Source: Novosphingobium sp. (GTDB lineage: Bacteria; Pseudomonadota; Alphaproteobacteria; Sphingomonadales; Sphingomonadaceae). Taken from it: 64,000 nt of DNA. The notes beneath the pieces are model-generated. The model made no database searches. It saw nothing but the letters and a program-made list of their open reading frames with translations, and was not told where the DNA came from. Each line of letters begins with the position of its first letter. Position 1 is the first letter of the stretch. Location: NCBI GenBank assembly GCA_031383985.1, contig JANNAE010000009.1, positions 76,051 to 140,050 on the forward strand, in the 5' to 3' direction. Positions 27,542 through 39,373 of the stretch are shown piece after piece. The position numbers and the translations under genes were made by a program.

Positions 27542-30500
27542 TTGCCGGACATTTTTCTATCCTACAGCCGGGACGACCAGCAGCGGGCGCGCGACTTCGC
27601 CGAGGCGCTGCTGGCCGAGGGATTCGATGTCTGGTGGGATGTCGCGCTCAAGACCGGTGAGGCCTATGACGAGGTCACCGAAACCGCCCTGAATACCGCA
27701 AAGGCAGTGATCGTGCTGTGGTCGCAGCGCTCGGTCAAGTCGCGCTGGGTCCGGGCCGAGGCCACCGTCGCCCAGCGCAATCGCAGCTTCGTGCCGGTGA
27801 TGATCGAAGATTGCGTCCGCCCGGTAATGTTCGAACTGACCCAGTCAGCCGATCTCATTGCCTGGCAGGGCGATGTCGCCACTCCGGCGTGGAAGGGCTT
27901 TCTGGCTGACCTCAAGCACCGCATCGGCAGCGTCGCGGTGCCCGCCGCTGCGCCAAAACCTGCGCCAGCGGCGCCACATGGCAGCGAGCGGCGGCTGGTT
28001 GCCGTGCTGGATTGCGCGCTGGCGATGCAGGCCACCGGCGACGAATTCGATCCGGAAGACTGGGATGCGGCGGGGCAGCAGCTGCTCACCCGGGCGCAAA
28101 AGGTTCTGGAGCAGCATGACTGCCGGATCGTTGCCGGCGGAGGCAGGCTTGCCGCGCTGTTCGGCGCCGAGCGCACCGGCGAGGACGATGCCTTGCGGGC
28201 GGTCCAGGCGGCGCTGGCGCTGATCGAACACGTCGGCGAGATCGCGCTGCCCGGCGGCGAACGGGCGCGCCCGCGGATCGGGATCGACTTCGGGCCGCTG
28301 GTGATCGGCGGGCTTGCGCGAACCCCCTCGGGCGCGGCGGTGGAGGGCGCGGCGCGGCTCCAGCTGCAGGCGGCGCCGGGCAGCGTCTCGATCAGCCGGG
28401 CGGTGGCGAATGTCGCGGGTGGTTATCTTGCGCTGGAGCGGCAAGGCAACGCCGACTTTACCGTACTGGGCGTGACGGGAACCCATACCCGCTTTGAGTT
28501 ATCGCGGGCGCGCGGGCTCAGCCGGTTTGTCGGCCGCAGCGCCGATTTCGATCTGCTTGGCACAGCTCTGGACCAAGCCAGCGCCGGCCACGGCCAGGTG
28601 GTCGGGATCATGGCCGAGGCCGGAACCGGCAAGAGCCGGCTGTGTTTTGAATTCATCGAGGCCGCTGAAGCGCAAGGCATCTCGGTATTTCGCGGCAGCG
28701 CCACGGCGCAGGGCGGCAGCACCCCGCTATTTGCGGCGCTTGATCTGCTGCGCTCATTCTTTGGCATCGATAGCCAGGACGATGCCGCCACCGCCCGCAT
28801 AAAAATCGAAACCCGCGCCACCGAACTTGACCCTCGTCTGGTTGAAAACCTTCCCGCCATGTTCGATCTGCTGGCGGTTCCCGATCCGGAGCGGCCCGCT
28901 CCGCCGCTCGACCCGGAAGGCCGCCAACGGCAATTGCTTGCGCTCACCCGCCATCTCCTCAAGCTGGCCGGGGAAGTGCAGCCGACCATCGTGCTGGTCG
29001 AGGATCTGCATTGGCTCGATCCGGCCAGTGCCGTCTTCGTCGAAGGGCTGGTCGAGGCCAATGAGGGGCTGCGCAACTTGCTGCTGCTCAACTACCGGCC
29101 CGAGTTCCGCCCGAGCTGGCTGCAAAACAGCGCCTGCCGCCAGATTGCCCTGAAACCGCTGGATCAGGACCATCTGGCCGAATTGCTGGCCGATCTGCTG
29201 GGGGATGATCCCGGTGTCGCACCGCTGTTCGCGCCGATTGCCGAGAAGACCAGCGGCAACCCCTATTTCGTCGAGGAAATCGTCCAGACCTTGCTCGAAA
29301 CCGGCAAGATCGAAGGGACCAAGGGCGATTATCGGCTTATCGGGGTGTATTCTGGCCTCGACCTTCCCCCCACGGTCCGCGCGGTGGTCGCAGCGCGAAT
29401 TGACCGGCTGGAGGCCCGCGAGCGCGATCTGTTGCAGCTCGCTGCGGTGATCGGGCCCAGTTTTTCCGAACCACTGCTCGCCGCCGCCTCCGGCCTCAGT
29501 GCCGGCGAGCTGGGCAGCGCGCTCGACAATTTGCGGCGCACCGGGTTCATCGTCGAACAGGCGGTCTTTCCTGTGGCCGAACATGGCTTCAAGCACCCGC
29601 TGACGCTGGAAAGCACCCTCGCCAGTCTGGTCAAGGCCCGGCGGCGCGCGCTTCATGCGACAGTCGCAGGCGCGATCGAGGCAGACAAAACGGCGCAAGC
29701 GGGAGCCAAGGCGCTCCGTCTGGCCTGGCATTGGGATGAAGCGGGTGAGGCTGTTCCAGCGGCTCTGTGGCATTTGCGCGCGGGCGAGCATGTCGTGCGC
29801 ACCGATTTTCCTGCCGCTTCCCGGCATTGGCAGCGGGTCCGCGCGCTCTGCCGTGAGGCCGGGGACAATCCGGTGGCCGCACAGCTGTTTGTCGGTGCCT
29901 CGATCCAGCTGTTGAATACCGCACACCGGCTGGGGATCGATCTGGCCGAAGCAATGGCGATCCTCCAGGCCGGTGAGGAAATGCTCGGGGCCGAGGGCGA
30001 CGCCGGTTTGCGGCTGGTGCTGTCGATGTGTTTTTCACGGGCGCTGTGCGCTGCAGGCGATGTCGGCGCCTATCTCGCGCTGGCGCAGGACAATCACGCC
30101 AAGGCGATGGCCAGCGGCGAATTGCGGCTGCAGATCGTCGCCAAGATCAGGCTCTGCGATGCCCTGTCGCACAGCGGCGCGCACCGCGAGGGACTGGCGG
30201 CATCGGAAGCGGCAATGGCGCTTTATTCGCGCGATCTGGCCCGGCCGGAGTGGCTGCCCGATTTTCATCCCAACACGTTCTTTGCCTTCATGCGCGGAAT
30301 CTCGCTGACCTGGCTGGGCCAGCTCGATGAGGCCGAGCGGCAGCTGCGCCAGGTGATCGTCGATGCCACCGCCGATGAAACCCCCGAGGTGATCGCCTGG
30401 GCCTGCTATGCCCTGTCGCACTGCTATTATTGCAAGGGCGAGCCCGATCAGGCCCTGGCCAGCGCGACCAGAGTGGGCGAGATCAGCGAGCTGCTCGGCT

Positions 30501-31039
30501 CGCCGCTGCTGGTGTCTTATCGGTATATGGCGCATGTCTGGGCGGCGTTGGCGGGTGGTCAGCATGCCAAAGCCCTCGAAAACGCCCGCGCCGCAGTCGA
30601 GCTGTTCGGAACGGTCGAGCAGCATTGGGCCGCCGCGGCGCGGATGCTGGTCGCCCGCGCATTGCTCGAGCTGGGTCACCACGGCCAAGCAGCCGAAATG
30701 GCCGAAGCCGCTGTGACCGGGTTTCAGGATTGCAGCATCAAGCATTTCGAGATCGAGGCGTGGGGGGTCCTCGCCCGGGCCTGGCTGGCGCAAGGCGGGG
30801 CTCAGGCAGCGGCAGCAAGTGCCGGCGCACTGGCCAAGGCCGAGGATGTGATGGAGGTGGCGGGCCTTGAAGTGATGCGCCCGTTCCTGGCCGAATGGCA
30901 GGCCGAACTGGCTGGTCACGAGCGCGATCAACCCGCGCGCCGGGCGATGCTGGCCAAAGCCGCTGCCGCCCATAACGGCAACGGCGCGCCGCGCCACGCC
31001 CGGCGAGTCGAGCAGCAGCTGGCTGCGCTCGGCACCTGA
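27542..31039 (+). CDS. TIR domain + degenerate class III cyclase-like domain + STAND/AAA_16 P-loop ATPase + TPR-like C-terminal region (1165 aa)
   Basis: TIR: MPDIFLSYSRDD...VIVLWSQRSVKSRWVRAEA. Cyclase-like: ERRLVAVLDCAL...GGGRLAALFG...RIGIDFGP. Walker A GIMAEAGTGKSRL and Walker B TIVLVEDLHWLD. About 650 aa of helical repeat follow, with no terminal HTH. TTG start with a GGAGG RBS. Confidence 0.85.
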   Translation: MPDIFLSYSRDDQQRARDFAEALLAEGFDVWWDVALKTGEAYDEVTETALNTAKAVIVLWSQRSVKSRWVRAEATVAQRNRSFVPVMIEDCVRPVMFELTQSADLIAWQGDVATPAWKGFLADLKHRIGSVAVPAAAPKPAPAAPHGSERRLVAVLDCALAMQATGDEFDPEDWDAAGQQLLTRAQKVLEQHDCRIVAGGGRLAALFGAERTGEDDALRAVQAALALIEHVGEIALPGGERARPRIGIDFGPLVIGGLARTPSGAAVEGAARLQLQAAPGSVSISRAVANVAGGYLALERQGNADFTVLGVTGTHTRFELSRARGLSRFVGRSADFDLLGTALDQASAGHGQVVGIMAEAGTGKSRLCFEFIEAAEAQGISVFRGSATAQGGSTPLFAALDLLRSFFGIDSQDDAATARIKIETRATELDPRLVENLPAMFDLLAVPDPERPAPPLDPEGRQRQLLALTRHLLKLAGEVQPTIVLVEDLHWLDPASAVFVEGLVEANEGLRNLLLLNYRPEFRPSWLQNSACRQIALKPLDQDHLAELLADLLGDDPGVAPLFAPIAEKTSGNPYFVEEIVQTLLETGKIEGTKGDYRLIGVYSGLDLPPTVRAVVAARIDRLEARERDLLQLAAVIGPSFSEPLLAAASGLSAGELGSALDNLRRTGFIVEQAVFPVAEHGFKHPLTLESTLASLVKARRRALHATVAGAIEADKTAQAGAKALRLAWHWDEAGEAVPAALWHLRAGEHVVRTDFPAASRHWQRVRALCREAGDNPVAAQLFVGASIQLLNTAHRLGIDLAEAMAILQAGEEMLGAEGDAGLRLVLSMCFSRALCAAGDVGAYLALAQDNHAKAMASGELRLQIVAKIRLCDALSHSGAHREGLAASEAAMALYSRDLARPEWLPDFHPNTFFAFMRGISLTWLGQLDEAERQLRQVIVDATADETPEVIAWACYALSHCYYCKGEPDQALASATRVGEISELLGSPLLVSYRYMAHVWAALAGGQHAKALENARAAVELFGTVEQHWAAAARMLVARALLELGHHGQAAEMAEAAVTGFQDCSIKHFEIEAWGVLARAWLAQGGAQAAAASAGALAKAEDVMEVAGLEVMRPFLAEWQAELAGHERDQPARRAMLAKAAAAHNGNGAPRHARRVEQQLAALGT

Positions 31040-31055
31040 TCATGCGAAGGAGAGG

Positions 31056-33023
31056 ATGATCACCACCAAGTCCCCCGCCACCGATCTCACAGCCCCGCCG
31101 CTGCGTTTGACCATCGGCATTACCGGTCATCGGGAGTCGAACCCCGCCTTTGCCGCCAATCGCGATGCGATTGCGGCGACGGTCGCGGCGCTGTTTGCCG
31201 AATTCGATCAGGTTGCCGGGAAAGTTCGCCCGCGCTTGCACAGTCTGCTGGCCAATGGCTCCGACCTGACCGCGGTTGAGGCGGCCTTGTCGCTCGACTG
31301 GCAGATTTGCGCGCCTTTGCCGTTCGGGCTTGACCTCAACATCGCGATCAATGCCATGCCGGCCAACGCCGGGGAAGGCCTCCGGTTGCTGGCCGGCGAC
31401 AGGTTCGGCGATTCTCCCGCTTTCGAACGCGCACGCCAGATCGCCAAGCTGGCCGAGCATTGCGAACGGTTTGAACTGGCCGAAGCGGATGAGCCAATCA
31501 CTGAGTTGTTTATCACCGCGCTTCATGCACCCGATGACCTGGCGGCGCATCAGGCCTGGTCAACTGCCGCGTCCGATCGGGCGGCGCTGGCGGGACGGGT
31601 GATGATCGAACAGTCCGACCTGGTCATCGCAATCTGGGACGGCGAGACTCCCGGGATGATCGGCGGAACCCGGCACACCATCATCGCCGCGCTTGAGCAA
31701 GGAGCCCCCGTGGTGTGGATCGATGCCCGCGCACCGCACGGCTGGCACATCCTCGATGGCCCGGAAATGCTGGCCGATCTGCCTCAGGCGGCCGCGCGGG
31801 CGCCGCATGCATCGCGTGCCGCTCTGCGCAAGATCGTCACCCATGTGCAGGGCAGCGAACATACCGGCGGCGGCGAGAATTTCGGCAATGCCGCCTGGCG
31901 TCCCCACAGTCGCCGCCGGTTCCATGCCTACCGCCGGGTCGAGGCGTTGTTTGGCGCGGTTGGCGTGGGCAAGCGGCTGGCGCGGCTGCAACAACACTAT
32001 GAACTGCCCGCAGAAGTTGCCGCAGGATCAGGCGCAAAGCTGCTCAAAGCAGCGCGGGACTTGCCGGGTGGCGATGTCCGAATGGTGGCTGAAATCGAAA
32101 CTTCGATCCTGCGCCGCTTCGCCTGGGTCGATGGCCTTTCGACCTATCTGTCCGATGCCTACCGGGGCGGCATGGTCGCAAGCTTCCTGCTGTCGTCGCT
32201 GGCAATCATCGGCGGGATTGCCTATTTGCCGTTCGTCGCTGTCAGCTGGAAATGGCCCTTCGCCTTGTTCGAGTTCCTGCTGCTGGTCGGGATTCTTGCG
32301 ATCACCGCGATCGGCAATCGCCGCGAATGGCACAACCGCTGGTTCGAAACCCGCCGCGTGGCCGAGTATCTCCGCCATGCTCCGATCCTGCTGCTGCTGG
32401 GCGTAGCGCGCGCGCCGGGGCGCTGGCCCAGTGGCGCGCGGACCAACTGGCCGGAATTCTATGCGCGAAGTCTGCAGCGCGAAATCGGCTTGCCACGGGT
32501 CCGGTTGGACGAGCCCTATCTGCGCGCCTTGCTCGGCGATCTGCTGCGGCCGCATGTCGTCGCCCAGCGCGATTATCATCGCAGCAAGGCCAGTCGGCTC
32601 GGCCGGGCGCATCATAACCTCGATCGCCTGTCAGAGGCTTTCTTTCTTCTCGCGGTCGTTGCGGTGGCGAGCTATCTGGCGGTCGTGGTGTGCGCACGGC
32701 TCGGCCTGGTCCCACATTCGCTCGATTATGCCCTGGCCAAACCGCTGACTTTCCTTGGCGTATTGTTCCCGACCCTGGGCGGTGGCATTGCCGGAATTCG
32801 TTATTTTGGCGATTTTGAACGCTTTTCCGCCATTTCCGAAGTGACCGCCGAAAAGCTTGACGCGATCGAGCGGCGGATCAGCAGACTGATGGCCGCCCCG
32901 CCCGGAGGGATGAATTTTGCCCGGGTCAGCAGTCTGGCCCACGCTACCGATGATGTGGTGGTGACCGAGATCGAGAGCTGGCAGGCGGTGTTCGGCGGCA
33001 AGCATATTACCGTGCCAGTTTAG
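31056..33023 (+). CDS. SLOG-like Rossmann domain fused to a four-TM SLATT-like membrane module (655 aa)
   Basis: The N-terminus has LRLTIGITGHR, NGSDLTAVEAAL and LVIAIWDGETPGMIGGTRHTIIAALEQGAPVVWID (LOG/DprA/YpsA-like pattern). TM helices: MVASFLLSSLAIIGGIAYLPFV, PFALFEFLLLVGILAITAIG, AFFLLAVVAVASYLAVVVCA and LTFLGVLFPTLGGGIAGI. The ATG lies 16 bp after the TIR gene stop and is preceded by GAAGGAGAGG. Confidence 0.8.
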   Translation: MITTKSPATDLTAPPLRLTIGITGHRESNPAFAANRDAIAATVAALFAEFDQVAGKVRPRLHSLLANGSDLTAVEAALSLDWQICAPLPFGLDLNIAINAMPANAGEGLRLLAGDRFGDSPAFERARQIAKLAEHCERFELAEADEPITELFITALHAPDDLAAHQAWSTAASDRAALAGRVMIEQSDLVIAIWDGETPGMIGGTRHTIIAALEQGAPVVWIDARAPHGWHILDGPEMLADLPQAAARAPHASRAALRKIVTHVQGSEHTGGGENFGNAAWRPHSRRRFHAYRRVEALFGAVGVGKRLARLQQHYELPAEVAAGSGAKLLKAARDLPGGDVRMVAEIETSILRRFAWVDGLSTYLSDAYRGGMVASFLLSSLAIIGGIAYLPFVAVSWKWPFALFEFLLLVGILAITAIGNRREWHNRWFETRRVAEYLRHAPILLLLGVARAPGRWPSGARTNWPEFYARSLQREIGLPRVRLDEPYLRALLGDLLRPHVVAQRDYHRSKASRLGRAHHNLDRLSEAFFLLAVVAVASYLAVVVCARLGLVPHSLDYALAKPLTFLGVLFPTLGGGIAGIRYFGDFERFSAISEVTAEKLDAIERRISRLMAAPPGGMNFARVSSLAHATDDVVVTEIESWQAVFGGKHITVPV

Positions 33024-33024
33024 A

Positions 33025-34023
33025 CTAAGGCCCTTCTAGCGCGAGCAGTGCAAAGGTCGCCAGCCAATGCTCGCCCATGAAATCATCGGCGAGATGCGGC
33101 AGTGCAGCGGCGAGATGTTGCCGGGCCGTCGCGCGCGCGGGAGCGATCACCGGATGGCCAGCGGGCAGCGATGCCGCGATCTGCCGCCAGCACCACGCGC
33201 GGCTCAGGTTCAGCCCGTCGAGATGCGCGATCTTGCCGTCGCTGCGGTCTGAGACCGTGGCGGGGGTAAACAGCGTGATTGGCTGCTGCGTGGCGGCGGC
33301 GGGCAGGAACAGGTCGAACCAGGCGGCAAACTCTGCGGCGGGCAGGACCCGGCTCATCACCAATGCCTCGCACAGGGCAGAAGAGAGAAACTCGTCGCCC
33401 CCCGGCTCCCACGCCTGACAGGCACGATCGGCGCTGAACCATTCGCGCGTGCGAGCCTCGATCAAACCGGCCAAGGCGGGATCATGCCGGGTTGCCCAGT
33501 CATGGGCCAGCGTCATCGCAAACGCGCTGTTGTAATGCGTGCCGACGCGGATCGGATACGTCTGCTTGGGCAGGAAATCATGGAACCGCGCGGCAAAGGC
33601 CCGGGCGAAAGCTTCGGCATGAGCCGCCCACGGCTCTGCGCTGTGCCGGGCAAGCTCGCCGTGCAGCGCCAGCGCCCACCCCCAGCCATAAGGCCGCTCA
33701 AACCCGCGCGCCGATGGCCGGGCAAGATAGGAGGTTTCACCTGCGAAGTTCGCTGCCGTCAGCATTTCACCAGCCTTGGCTCGCACGGCGGCGGCTTGCG
33801 GCAGTTCGGGAAAGAGCCGGGCGAGCCGCAGCACTTGCCACCAGCCGTGAACGCAGCTGTGCCAATCGAAGCTGCCGTGGAAGATCGGATGGAGCTGCGC
33901 CGGTGTCGCGGCGTCGTCCGGTCCGTCCATGACATGATCGAGCTTATGCGGATATTCGCGGGTCAGATGCCCCAGCGTCAGCGTCATGAACTGCGCGGCG
34001 ATTGCGGGAGTCAGACGGCTCAT
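33025..34023 (-). CDS. DUF2891 family protein
   Basis: MSRLTPAIAAQFMTLTLGHLTREYPHKLDH...HPIFHGSFDWHSCVHGWW. The start ATG forms an ATGA overlap with the DUF979 stop. The 666-aa ORF in the track is an out-of-frame upstream read-through. Confidence 0.8.
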   Translation of the reverse strand: MSRLTPAIAAQFMTLTLGHLTREYPHKLDHVMDGPDDAATPAQLHPIFHGSFDWHSCVHGWWQVLRLARLFPELPQAAAVRAKAGEMLTAANFAGETSYLARPSARGFERPYGWGWALALHGELARHSAEPWAAHAEAFARAFAARFHDFLPKQTYPIRVGTHYNSAFAMTLAHDWATRHDPALAGLIEARTREWFSADRACQAWEPGGDEFLSSALCEALVMSRVLPAAEFAAWFDLFLPAAATQQPITLFTPATVSDRSDGKIAHLDGLNLSRAWCWRQIAASLPAGHPVIAPARATARQHLAAALPHLADDFMGEHWLATFALLALEGP

Positions 34024-34958
34024 GGGAAAGCCAGCCACCAGATCAGTGCGATATTGACCGCCAGCAGCGGCAACGCCGTGCCAATTTGCGCCTTCACCAC
34101 CGCATTGCGGTCTGCCAGGTCCAGCAATGCTGCGGGCACGATGTTGAAATTCGCTGCCATCGGCGTCATCAGCGTGCCGCAAAACCCCGCCAGCATCCCG
34201 ATCGCGGCAATGATTGCGGGATCGCCGTGATATTGGTGGACCAGCAGCGGCAGGCCGATCGCAGCGGCCATCACCGGGAAGGCGGCAAAGGCATTGCCCA
34301 TCACCATGGTGAACAGCGCCATGCCGAGCCCGTAGGCGAGCACCGCACCAAGCAAGCTGCCACCCGGGATCACCCCCGACATCAGCTGGCCAACCACCTG
34401 CCCCACCCCGGCCAGCGCAAACACCGCGCCAAGGCTGGCCAGCATCTGCGGTAGGACCGCCGCCCAGCCAACCGCGTCCATCAGCCGCCGCCCTTCTTCG
34501 AGCGGCACCAGCCCTGGCGGGCGAAGCCAGGCCAGGCCGATGATGAGCGCAAGGATCACCCCGAGCGCCAGGCTGACCAGCGTCACCTGTTTGGGTTCGA
34601 CCAGTGCGGGCAAATATTCGAACAACAGCGTCCCGATCAGCGCAGTGGCCGGGATGACCAGCGCGAGCAGGAACAAGCGGTTGCCATGCTTGGCTGCCCC
34701 GGCCTGCCGCTCTTCCACCAGGCTGTCGTCGGTGCCGCGCCCCAGCCCGCGCAGCCCGGCAATGCCCACCAGCGCCAGCACCAGCAGGCCATTGCCAAAA
34801 TCGCCCAGCCGGTCCCCTGCCAGCATGCTCAGTGCCAGCAGACCCCAGAAGGCCGCATTGGCGAGCCGCTTGGGATTGGTGGAATCGCCCACCGACAGAG
34901 CGGCAAAGGCGGCGAAGGTCAGCCCCGCCAGGGTGTAGACAAACGGGAGACCGATCAT
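34020..34958 (-). CDS. DUF979 family membrane protein
   Basis: Polytopic hydrophobic sequence starting MIGLPFVYTLAGLTFAAF. It has ATGA overlaps with both neighbouring genes. Confidence 0.8.
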   Translation of the reverse strand: MIGLPFVYTLAGLTFAAFAALSVGDSTNPKRLANAAFWGLLALSMLAGDRLGDFGNGLLVLALVGIAGLRGLGRGTDDSLVEERQAGAAKHGNRLFLLALVIPATALIGTLLFEYLPALVEPKQVTLVSLALGVILALIIGLAWLRPPGLVPLEEGRRLMDAVGWAAVLPQMLASLGAVFALAGVGQVVGQLMSGVIPGGSLLGAVLAYGLGMALFTMVMGNAFAAFPVMAAAIGLPLLVHQYHGDPAIIAAIGMLAGFCGTLMTPMAANFNIVPAALLDLADRNAVVKAQIGTALPLLAVNIALIWWLAFP

Positions 34959-35637
34959 GATCCGGCCCCCTGCCCCAGCTGCCGCGCCGCCAGCTTGCGA
35001 TCCAGCCGCCACAGCCGGAAGGCATGGATCACAAAGGCGGCGATCGCGGTGGGGATCGCCCAGATCGACAGGTCGAACGGACTGAGGACGATGCCTTGTT
35101 GCTCAAGAAACCCCTTCATCAGCAGGATCGAGCCGATCGCGATGAAGATATCCTCGCCAAAGAACAGCCCGACATTGTCGGTCGCGGCGGCCATCGCCTT
35201 GACCTTGTCGCGCGTTGCGGGATCCAGCGGGGCAGTCACCTCGGCCGCCGCCTCGGCCATCGGCGCAACCAGTGGCCTGACGGTCTGAGCATGGCCCGCC
35301 ACCGAAGTCAGCCCCAGCGCGGCGGTGATCTGGCGCAGCAGCAGATAGCCGGTCAGCAGCCGTCCGGTGGTGGCACCCTTGAGCCCGGCGATGAGCGCGC
35401 GGGCGCGTTCCTGAAGACCATGACGTTCGAGCAAGCCGATCACCGGCAGCACGATCCACACCACGCTGACATAGCGGGTATCGTTGAACGCCTTGCCGAA
35501 CGCGGAGACGATCGCGTGCAGATCGAGCCCCGCCGCGAGCCCGGTGACCGCAGCGGAGGCGACCACCACCAGCAGCGGATTGAAGCGCAGGACAAAGCCC
35601 GCCACAATCACTGCAATACCCAGCAAAACCCACATCG

Positions 35638-35641
<4 letters not shown>
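34955..35641 (-). CDS. DUF969 family membrane protein
   Basis: MTMWVLLGIAVIVAGFVLRFNPLLVV. The GTG start overlaps the oxoprolinase stop (GTGA). Confidence 0.8.
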
Positions 35642-39267
<3,626 letters not shown>

Positions 39268-39373
39268 GGCGTGGTGATTGGCGCAGCCCCCGCAAAAGCA
39301 CAATACCAGCTCGTGATTGGTTTCCACTGTAACCAGTGATAGGAGCCGAAACTATTCAAGGAGAGCCGCGCCA

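Noticed and set aside
27986-28477. Reading the cyclase-like domain as an active cAMP/cGMP or CBASS-type nucleotide generator
   Set aside because: The expected metal-binding Asp residues do not appear conserved by eye, and the fold is class III cyclase rather than CD-NTase. TIR is the more plausible signal generator. The point is kept as a separate finding that needs alignment.
28754-29926. 390-aa antisense ORF inside the TIR-STAND gene (also 27845-28486 and 30035-30997 on the minus strand)
   Set aside because: These have the Arg/Gly/Pro/Ala-rich composition typical of spurious reverse-frame ORFs in GC-rich DNA. They carry no recognisable motifs, and the sense strand has clear TIR, Walker A and Walker B motifs.
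33025-35025. 666-aa ORF in the track spanning the DUF2891 gene and beyond
   Set aside because: Only the C-terminal 332 aa (from MSRLTPAI, ATG at 34023) look like a real protein. The upstream 330 aa are Arg/Gly/Ala-rich low-complexity read-through, out of frame with the convincing DUF979 membrane protein that occupies the same DNA.
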